Shown: piece after piece, positions 56,872 through 64,000 of the stretch
Numbering within the stretch: position 1 is the stretch's first letter
How the letters are laid out: every line of letters begins with the position of its first letter
NCBI GenBank assembly: GCA_046328115.1
Contig: JAXLXE010000002.1
Location: 59,578 to 123,577, forward strand
Source: Chloroflexota bacterium
GTDB lineage: Bacteria; Chloroflexota; UBA6077; JACCZL01
DNA length: 64,000 nt
Direction: 5' to 3'
Notes under the pieces: generated by a model
Database searches by the model: none
Seen by the model: only the letters and a program-made list of their open reading frames with translations
What the model was told of the DNA's origin: nothing
Position numbers and translations under genes: made by a program

Positions 56872-59853
56872 TTGGCCACTCCGTCAACACAGACCCCGCG
56901 GTCTGAGTCCGTACCCGGCTCACGAACACGGCAGCTCCCTCAGGCACTGAGCCACGCGGGACTGACGGCCCTGTCGCTTTGCGCGCTCGCGGCTACCGTA
57001 CTTGCCGTCTTCTTCTGGGAGCTGTTCGGCGAGTCACTGATGTACGGCAGGGACACCGTGACCTTCTACTATCCGCTCAGTCGCTGGGCAGCGGCACAGT
57101 GGGCCTCCGGGACGGCACCGCTGTGGATTCCGCTCATCTTCGGTGGATACCCGCTTTTCGCCGATGGTGAAGTGGGCCCCGCCTACCCGCTCGCCATTGC
57201 GCTCTATTGGTCCCTCCCGTTCGAGACGGCCTATGCCTGGCTGCGAGCCTCGACCTATCTCCTCGCGGCGCTATCTGCATATACGCTGGCACGCGTGCTA
57301 GGAACGACCCGCTTCGGCGCAGTTGTGGCGGGAGCCTCCTTCGCACTCGGCGGCTTCTTCACTTCCCACATGCAGCACGACAACATCATCCGAAGCGCGG
57401 CCCTCATGCCTTTGCTTTTGTCGTTTGTCGAACTATCGCTCCGCGCGCGGAACGCACGGCGCTGGCTGCTGAGCCTGGCGGGCGCTCTGACATTCGCTCT
57501 CCAGTGCCTCGGCGTCCACATCCAGCCAGTGTTGCTCAGCGCCGCGCTGGCTACGGCTCTCGTCATCGTCGGGCCACTCGTCCCCCAGCCATCCGTGCGG
57601 GCCGGCAAGCGCAAGATCCCAAGCATCGCCGCATCACGGTCCTGGCTCGTGTCACGTGCAGCTTTGGGAGTGGTTGTTCTGGGCCTCGGCGGCGGACTGG
57701 CTGCCATTCAACTCGTCCCGCTCTACGTGCTCGGCACGGGCTCGCTGCGACCCGGCCTCGTGACCTACGAGTACGCGACCTCGTACGCGCTATCCCCCCT
57801 GCAGATTCTCACATTGCTGTTTCCGTACATGCTCCACTTTGACCAGGATCGGTCCTGGGCCCTGTGGGCGCCACACGAATCCACACTCTACGTCGGAGTA
57901 GTTCCGCTCACACTGGCGATCCTGGTGGGTTTCGCCGCGCGTGGCCGAGTCGTCGTGGCCTGCCTGTTCGTAGCGCTACTGTCACTGGTACTCGCGCTCG
58001 GCGACTACTTTCCGATCAAGCTCTACGCCCTCGTACACCAGCTACCGGGCTTCTCGGTGCTCCGAGCGCCCGGCCGTTTCGCCCTCACCTTTGGCCTGGC
58101 CGTCGCCATCCTCGCCGGTGTTGGAGTGAGCCACCTGGAAGCATGGCACCGCCGCGGATTCTGGCCGCGCGGGCTGCGGTTTACGCTGAACATCGTCATC
58201 GCGGTGGCGGCCGCGTTGCCAGTCCTGCTGCAGGCACTGCGAGCCTGGATGCGTATCGACCCATCCGGTGCCATCGCCGTGTTCGAAGGCTTCTATCTGA
58301 GCACCAGCAAGGAAAACGGTGCGCTGGGGCCATGGCACGTGTACTACGGGGTGCAGGAGTTCACGCGGCCTGACAACTGGCGGACCCTCCTGGGTATCGC
58401 ACTCCTCGGCGGGACCGCGCTGCTGGTGCGCCTGTGGCTCCGGTTGCCGCGCCACAGCGCGGTTCCGAAGATAGTCGTGGGCACCGCGGTGCTGTGCGAT
58501 ATGTACCTCTTCGCCAGCCACTTCTATCCGGCAGCCGCCCCGTCCGAGATCAATCCAGCCACCGCCAACGTGGAGCGTCTCAAAATGCTGGCCCAGGGCG
58601 ACCGGTTCTTCGTGGAGCCTGACTTGAATCCGAGACTCGGAGCCAATCAGCTCGCAGCGGCTGGTGTGGCCACCATCAATGGGTACAGCTCCCTCGAGCC
58701 ACCCCGGTTTTCGGCCTTCTGGTGGAGCGTCGTCAATCAGGACAACTTCCTGCTGGATCTGTTCAACGTGAAGTACATCGTCTCCGCCCGTCGACCCGTC
58801 GGAGAGAGGGTCTGGGCGGGTGTTACCTACCACCCATCAGACCGTTTGCTGAGCGGTGTGAGGCAGACGCCTGGAGGCTCGGAGACATTCGCATTGGCGC
58901 CCACCATCACCCAGGCCATCATCGTCGTGGCCGCCGTGGAGGGGATGGGCGAGCCTCGACCAGGGGAGGTGGCCGCGACGATCGAGTTGAATGATGGCAG
59001 CTCTGCCCCGACCACGGTTTCGCTGATCGCGGGGCAGCACGTAGACGAGTACCTGGCAGCCGAGCCCGGACTGCCAAGCGCCGGATACAGTGGCGCGCGA
59101 GTCGTCTGGGCTGGGCCGCGATTTGCGCCCACAGGCACGGGCACACCCGCGCGCCTCTACGGCGCCGCACTGCCACTGGAACGACCAGTCCAGGTGCGCC
59201 GGCTCGTGATTCGAACGGAGCTTGACCGAGGACGACTGGACATTCATGGGCTCGGGCTCAGACAGCCGGACGGCGTGGTCCGCTCCCTGCACGTGGCCGA
59301 TCGGGAGAAGTACACGCGGGTGTTCGAGGACCAGAACCTCTCAATTCTGGAGAACCGCCAGGCAGCCCCGAGAGTCTCAGTGGTCGGGGGTGCGATACGT
59401 CCGACCGAAGGTGTGTCAACACTGAGCCAGATGAGTACCCGAGGGTGGCGGCCGGATCGAGAAGCGTTCCTGGAGCCCCTGGGACCCGCCGAGGCGCGAG
59501 ACGCTGCTGTTGGTGGGGAGGTGGGCTCCGCTCGCGTCGAGCAAGCGGAGCCCAGCCGTGTGGACATAGCGGCCGGTCTGACGAGCCCCGGCTACGTCAT
59601 CCTCGCGGATCGATACGACGCCGGCTGGCGAGTGTACGTGGATGGCGTGGAGTCGCCGCTGCTGCGGGCCAACGAGATCGCGCGGGCGGTGGCGGTCCCA
59701 GAGGGTCAGCACACCATTACGTTCATGTACCAGCCGTGGCCCCTTCGAATCGGCGCCGCGATCAGCCTGCTCTCCCTGGCCGCCGTACTCACTATTGCGG
59801 CCTGGGCAGCGATGCGTGGGGCTCGCCACCAATGGAGAGCAGCAATCACCTGA
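56872..59853 (+). CDS. YfhO-like giant polytopic membrane protein (putative GT-C glycosyltransferase), paralogue 2
   Basis: FYYPLSRW...PLWIPLIFGGYPLFADGEVGPAYPL. C-terminal RYDAGWRVYVDGVESPLLRAN. The TTG start is uncertain. Confidence 0.7.
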   Translation: MATPSTQTPRSESVPGSRTRQLPQALSHAGLTALSLCALAATVLAVFFWELFGESLMYGRDTVTFYYPLSRWAAAQWASGTAPLWIPLIFGGYPLFADGEVGPAYPLAIALYWSLPFETAYAWLRASTYLLAALSAYTLARVLGTTRFGAVVAGASFALGGFFTSHMQHDNIIRSAALMPLLLSFVELSLRARNARRWLLSLAGALTFALQCLGVHIQPVLLSAALATALVIVGPLVPQPSVRAGKRKIPSIAASRSWLVSRAALGVVVLGLGGGLAAIQLVPLYVLGTGSLRPGLVTYEYATSYALSPLQILTLLFPYMLHFDQDRSWALWAPHESTLYVGVVPLTLAILVGFAARGRVVVACLFVALLSLVLALGDYFPIKLYALVHQLPGFSVLRAPGRFALTFGLAVAILAGVGVSHLEAWHRRGFWPRGLRFTLNIVIAVAAALPVLLQALRAWMRIDPSGAIAVFEGFYLSTSKENGALGPWHVYYGVQEFTRPDNWRTLLGIALLGGTALLVRLWLRLPRHSAVPKIVVGTAVLCDMYLFASHFYPAAAPSEINPATANVERLKMLAQGDRFFVEPDLNPRLGANQLAAAGVATINGYSSLEPPRFSAFWWSVVNQDNFLLDLFNVKYIVSARRPVGERVWAGVTYHPSDRLLSGVRQTPGGSETFALAPTITQAIIVVAAVEGMGEPRPGEVAATIELNDGSSAPTTVSLIAGQHVDEYLAAEPGLPSAGYSGARVVWAGPRFAPTGTGTPARLYGAALPLERPVQVRRLVIRTELDRGRLDIHGLGLRQPDGVVRSLHVADREKYTRVFEDQNLSILENRQAAPRVSVVGGAIRPTEGVSTLSQMSTRGWRPDREAFLEPLGPAEARDAAVGGEVGSARVEQAEPSRVDIAAGLTSPGYVILADRYDAGWRVYVDGVESPLLRANEIARAVAVPEGQHTITFMYQPWPLRIGAAISLLSLAAVLTIAAWAAMRGARHQWRAAIT

Positions 59854-59918
59854 ACCGCGCCGTCCGCGGCCTCGTCACGCCTGATATATTGGCCGGCCAC
59901 CAAGCCAGTGAGGCCCAG

Positions 59919-60788
59919 ATGAATCAGAGCGGGATGCCACCCCGAGCGAGATTGGCGGTCATCGGCGGCGCTGTCACGCGCGGGATGCGGTTCCCAGAAG
60001 ACCTCCGTGACCCGGACGTTACCGTCGTTGCCACGCGTCTCGTATATCAAACGCCGTACGGTCCCACCGCCCCGTTCAAGCATCTCCGCGTCAGACGCTC
60101 AGCCGCTGCCGGCGGTGGTGCGGAAGACGTACTGTTCTTGCGCTACCTGGGCGTCTTCGACGGCGCCTCGCGCACGCGATACGTCGAGGCCGGCTTCTGG
60201 GCGCTCGAGCAGGCAGGGGTACAACGCATCGTCGTAGACGACAACATGGGTAGTCTGAATCCGTTGCTAGATCCGGGTGACGTGGTCGTCTGCCACGACT
60301 ACGTCGACTTCCACAAGGAGGCCAGCCTGGCGCCTCTCGAGGGGAAGCTGGTGCGCATGAGAGATCCATTCTGTACCGAGCTACGGCGCGTGCTGTACGA
60401 GGGCTGCCGGGCAGAGGGCTTTCCGCGTGTATTCCGCCGCGGCGTGTATGCGGTGAGTCACGGCACACGCTTCGAGAGCCCCACAGAGATCTCCATCTAC
60501 CAGCGATTGGGCGGAGACATCGTGGGGTACAGCGTAGTCCCGGCGATTTACCTGGCGCGGGCCATGGGTGCCTGCTACGCCGGGATTTATCTGGTCAGCA
60601 ATTACGGCGAGGGCCTCATCGAAGATTGGGAGCACGACGCGGTCTGGCGCGAGACTGATTCCATGATGCCTGGAATGGCCCGAGTGCTCCTCTCTTCCCT
60701 TAAGACCATGCCCGTCGAACGTTCTTGCCGGTGCGCCGAGTACTGCAGTCCACGCGGCCCGCGCATCATGGACTTCGCCGACCGTTGA
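59919..60788 (+). CDS. PNP_UDP_1-fold nucleoside phosphorylase (MTAP-like)
   Basis: LAVIGG..., RFESPTEISIYQRLGGDIVGYSVVPAIYLARAMG. An alternative ATG at 59832 overlaps the upstream gene. Confidence 0.65.
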   Translation: MNQSGMPPRARLAVIGGAVTRGMRFPEDLRDPDVTVVATRLVYQTPYGPTAPFKHLRVRRSAAAGGGAEDVLFLRYLGVFDGASRTRYVEAGFWALEQAGVQRIVVDDNMGSLNPLLDPGDVVVCHDYVDFHKEASLAPLEGKLVRMRDPFCTELRRVLYEGCRAEGFPRVFRRGVYAVSHGTRFESPTEISIYQRLGGDIVGYSVVPAIYLARAMGACYAGIYLVSNYGEGLIEDWEHDAVWRETDSMMPGMARVLLSSLKTMPVERSCRCAEYCSPRGPRIMDFADR

Positions 60789-60819
60789 CCTTCCTGCTAG
60801 TCAAGCGGCCCAGATCGGC

Positions 60820-61737
60820 ATGAGGAAAATCGTTCTTGAGCGGCTGGCACACGCGCTCTTCGTGGTCTTCGGTGTCTCGCTGATCGCCTTCCTGCTTGTG
60901 CATCTCACTGGAGATCCAGCAACCCTCCTGCTGCCGCTCGATGCAACACCGGAGGCGCGCGCGGAGTTCAGCCGAGCCATGGGATTCGACCGTCCCCTGG
61001 CGGCTCAATACCTCGATTTCCTGGTTCGGGCCGTGCGCGGCGACTTCGGAAACTCCCTTCGATTCCAGCAACCTGCGATGGGCCTGGTGATCGAACGGCT
61101 GCCCGCCACAGCTCAGCTCGCCGCGGTCGCCATGGGGCTGGCCATCATCATTGGCGTTCCCGCCGGTGTGTTGGCCGGCGTTCGGCGGGGAAGCTGGCTC
61201 GACCGCGCGTCCATGCTGCTCTCGCTGGCCGGGCAATGCCTCCCCAGCTTCTGGGTGGGGCTCATGCTCATCATCGTCTTCGCGGTTCAGCTCCGCTTGC
61301 TCCCGGTGTCCGGTGGCGGGACGGTACTGCACCTGGTGCTACCCGGGCTGACGTTGAGCTTCTACACCATGGCCCTCGTCGCCCGACTCTTGCGGAGCAA
61401 CATGCTGGACGCCATGTCCAGCGACTACATCCGCACCGCCCGTGCGAAGGGGCTGAACGAGCGCGCCGTGGTGGTGCGCCACGCGCTCAAGAACGCGGCA
61501 ATACCCGTCGTCACAGTCATCGGACTCAGCGCCGGGTATCTGCTCGGTGGCGCCGTTATCGTAGAGCAGGTGTTTGCCTATCCCGGCCTTGGCCGCCTGG
61601 TGTATCAGGCCATCTCCAATCGAGATGTGCCGCTGGTTCAGGCGTTCGTAGTCTTCATCGCACTTGTCGTGCTGTCCATCAATCTCGTGGTGGATGTGGC
61701 CTACACGCTGGTTGACCCGCGAGTGCGCTATGACTAA
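60820..61737 (+). CDS. Peptide/nickel-type ABC transporter permease (DppB/OppB-like)
   Basis: MRKIVLERLAHALFVVFGVSLIAFLLVHLTGDP and YIRTARAKGL. Confidence 0.85.
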   Translation: MRKIVLERLAHALFVVFGVSLIAFLLVHLTGDPATLLLPLDATPEARAEFSRAMGFDRPLAAQYLDFLVRAVRGDFGNSLRFQQPAMGLVIERLPATAQLAAVAMGLAIIIGVPAGVLAGVRRGSWLDRASMLLSLAGQCLPSFWVGLMLIIVFAVQLRLLPVSGGGTVLHLVLPGLTLSFYTMALVARLLRSNMLDAMSSDYIRTARAKGLNERAVVVRHALKNAAIPVVTVIGLSAGYLLGGAVIVEQVFAYPGLGRLVYQAISNRDVPLVQAFVVFIALVVLSINLVVDVAYTLVDPRVRYD

Positions 61738-62596
61738 CGCGCCGGCGGCACCAGCGCGGCGCACCCGCCGCGGTGCGCCCCCACTAGTTCCCGTACTGAT
61801 CGCGGCAGTTGTGATCGTCTGCGGCGCGCTTGCCGCCATCCTATCGCCGCATGATGCTGAGACGCCGTTTGTTGCACGGCGCGTGCTAGCGCCGGGTGCC
61901 CTCAGCGACGCAGGCTACCATCTGCTGGGCACGGATTCGCTCGGCCGAGACGTGCTCAGCCGCATGATGTTCGGAGCGCGGGCTTCGCTTGCCGTCGGAA
62001 TCTGCGCCGTCGCCATCGGTGGCTCCATTGGGACCGCGCTCGGCCTGCTGGCCGGCTACTACGGGCGCAGCGTTGACGCCCTCATCACGCGGCTCGCGGA
62101 CCTGCAGCTCAGCATTCCTTTCCTGATCCTGGCCATTGCCGTGATGGCGGTGCTCGGAGGCGGACTCGGGAAAGTCATCTTGGTGTTGGGAGTCACAAGC
62201 TGGATCATGTACGCGCGTGTCGTGCGGGGTGAAGTGCTCACCCTGCGCGGGCGTGACTACGTCACGGCCGCGCGCGCACTCGGCGCCTCAGACTTCCGAC
62301 TGGTGACACGCCACTTGCTCCCAAATGCCTCCACCTCGATCGTCGTTATCGGAACGTTCGAGATCGCGCGCGCCATCTTGAGCGAAGCCAGCCTGAGTTA
62401 CCTTGGCCTGGGCGTGCAGCCGCCCACGCCGTCGTGGGGCGGCATGGTGGCGGACGGTCGCGAGTACATCACCACCGCCTGGTGGATCACCACCTTCCCA
62501 GGAGCGGCCATCGCGGCAACTGTCATGGCGATCAATCTCTTAGGCGACTGGCTGCGCGACAACTGGGACCCCACCAGGACACGGGCACTGGAGTAA
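61730..62596 (+). CDS. Peptide/nickel-type ABC transporter permease (DppC/OppC-like)
   Basis: Start at ATG 61730 (ATGACTAA overlap). HLLGTDSLGRDVLSRM and YVTAARALGAS. Confidence 0.85.
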   Translation: MTNAPAAPARRTRRGAPPLVPVLIAAVVIVCGALAAILSPHDAETPFVARRVLAPGALSDAGYHLLGTDSLGRDVLSRMMFGARASLAVGICAVAIGGSIGTALGLLAGYYGRSVDALITRLADLQLSIPFLILAIAVMAVLGGGLGKVILVLGVTSWIMYARVVRGEVLTLRGRDYVTAARALGASDFRLVTRHLLPNASTSIVVIGTFEIARAILSEASLSYLGLGVQPPTPSWGGMVADGREYITTAWWITTFPGAAIAATVMAINLLGDWLRDNWDPTRTRALE

Positions 62597-62606
62597 CGAG
62601 AACCCC

Positions 62607-63929
62607 ATGAGAATTCTGATCCGCGGTGCCTTCATCTACTCGTCCGACGCGGCGGAGACCTGCCTCCCCAACGGATCAATCCTGATCAGGGATTCACGTA
62701 TCGAGCGCATCGCGACGATGGGCGAGCTTGACGGGCAAGACGTGGACCTGGCCATCGACGGCCGGGGGCTCGTAGCGCTACCTGGCTTCATAAACTGCCA
62801 CACCCACGCCACGCTCACCGCCTCCCGGGCAGACTCTGACGACCTGGAGCTGTTTCCCTGGCTGTTGGACGCCGGCCGAGTGCGCCCGCCTCATCCTGAT
62901 GACGCCCTCCACTCCGCGTACCTGGGGTGCACTGAGATGCTCCTTGGCGGGATCACGTACGCGGTTGAGTGCGGACGAAGACACCCACTGCTGTACGCCG
63001 CCGTGGCACGGGAGCTGGGTCAGCGCTGCATGTCTGGTGGCATGGCGAACTCCGAGGAGCTCCGTCCCGGAACCGGGAATTGGCCTGAACTGGTATCGGA
63101 CACCCGACACGCACTGGCAGAGCTGCCGGAGGACAGCGACGGCCTGACCCGCTACTTCATCGGAGCGCACTCGCCGTACTCGTGCACGCCAGAGCGCCTC
63201 GTCGAGGCCAAGCGCGCCGCCGACGATCTCGGGTTGGCGTTCAACGTCCATCTAGCAGAGTGTCGTGATGAATGGCGGCTGATTCGGGAGCGTCACGGCC
63301 GCACCCCGCTCCAGCACGCGGCGTCACTGGGAATCCTTGACTCCCGCAGCATCCTCAATCACTGCGTGTGGCTCGATGAGCTTGACATTGAAGTGCTGTC
63401 TCGTTCAGGCGCGGCCGTCGCGCACTGTCCAATCAGCAATGCCAAACTCGCCAGCGGCGTGGCGCCAATCAGCACCATGCGTGCCGCCGGGATTCCCGTT
63501 GGCCTGGGCACGGACAGCACGGTCAGCAATAACACCCTCAACGCCTACGAGGAGATGAAGTTCAGCCTTCTGGTGCAACGCGCCACCAGTCTGAGCGCGC
63601 GCCAGCTAACCGCTCGCGACGCACTCGCCATGGCCACACGCGAGGCCGCGAAACTCGTTGGGATGGCGGACGAAATCGGGACTCTGGAATCTGGGAAGCG
63701 GGCGGATCTGCAGCTCGTCGCCCTGTCCCATCCACGCGGGCTGACGTTGGAGCGTGTCCGCTCAGATCTGGTCTGGGCCACCCGCCCCGAACAGGTGCGA
63801 TGGGTACTGGTAAACGGGGACGTCGTGGTGCGCGATGGTCAACTGGTGCGAGCTGACCAGGGTCAGCTCGCGGATCGCGCGCGCCGGCACTTTGCCCAAC
63901 AGGAAGCGCTGATTCTCGGGCAGCGCTGA
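62607..63929 (+). CDS. Amidohydrolase-superfamily deaminase (MTA/SAH- or guanine-deaminase-like)
   Basis: PGFINCHTHA metal motif, HLAE and GLGTDS. Confidence 0.8.
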   Translation: MRILIRGAFIYSSDAAETCLPNGSILIRDSRIERIATMGELDGQDVDLAIDGRGLVALPGFINCHTHATLTASRADSDDLELFPWLLDAGRVRPPHPDDALHSAYLGCTEMLLGGITYAVECGRRHPLLYAAVARELGQRCMSGGMANSEELRPGTGNWPELVSDTRHALAELPEDSDGLTRYFIGAHSPYSCTPERLVEAKRAADDLGLAFNVHLAECRDEWRLIRERHGRTPLQHAASLGILDSRSILNHCVWLDELDIEVLSRSGAAVAHCPISNAKLASGVAPISTMRAAGIPVGLGTDSTVSNNTLNAYEEMKFSLLVQRATSLSARQLTARDALAMATREAAKLVGMADEIGTLESGKRADLQLVALSHPRGLTLERVRSDLVWATRPEQVRWVLVNGDVVVRDGQLVRADQGQLADRARRHFAQQEALILGQR

Positions 63930-64000
63930 GGGACACGTTTGACTATGATGTCGGCGTAGCACAACAGAATCCCGGATGGAGAATCTTATGACGTACACGC

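Noticed and set aside
59445-59918. 5' extension of the MTAP-like ORF (track start at 59445)
   Set aside because: It lies entirely inside the YfhO-like coding region in another frame. The phosphorylase-like sequence only begins near 59919.

Overview
Visibly GC-rich bacterial chromosomal window with strong AGGAGG-type Shine-Dalgarno sites, which looks Chloroflexota/Thermomicrobia- or Actinobacteria-like. It is densely coding and mostly core or accessory metabolism.

Gene order, left to right:
- A GT-C membrane glycosyltransferase running off the left edge, next to one rve/DDE transposase.
- A GH5-like secreted protein and lgt.
- A minus-strand block: glycerate 2-kinase, VOC protein, SGNH hydrolase and urtABCDE.
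- A urease cluster, ureABC-(114 aa orphan)-ureFGD.
- A PIG-L deacetylase and an SDR epimerase.
- A Vps62-like/coiled-coil/4-TM protein with a small membrane partner.
- A sugar ABC importer (binding protein plus two permeases).
- An AceE-like ThDP E1 next to an AMP-ligase/ACP/acyltransferase tri-domain protein.
- An S41 peptidase, a small Zn-ribbon/AT-hook protein and a cupin.
- A two-component system and a Zn-ADH.
- An envelope-glycan cluster: a ~1000 aa YfhO-like protein, GH5-like+SH3, DedA, TPR and GH76-like.
- An amidase and several orphans.
- secE-nusG-rplK-rplA-rplJ-rplL-infC.
- A divergent GT2 / second YfhO-like pair.
- An MTAP-like phosphorylase, two peptide-type ABC permeases and an amidohydrolase.

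I found no rRNA, tRNA or CRISPR array, and no recognisable defence system.

Observations most worth a second look:
1. rplJ has no stop codon and reads in frame into rplL, which keeps its own SD and GTG.
2. A self-contained promoter / SD / 14-codon ORF / 13-bp inverted repeat / T-tract terminator unit lies upstream of the PIG-L gene.
3. An acidic 114 aa orphan ORF occupies the ureE slot.
4. The AMP-ligase-ACP-acyltransferase fusion sits beside an orphan E1.
5. The Vps62-like membrane protein operon.
6. infC needs a non-canonical ATA start.

The ORF track treats GTG/TTG as M, and several starts were re-placed by hand. All functional calls rest on motif and family recognition by eye, not on searches.
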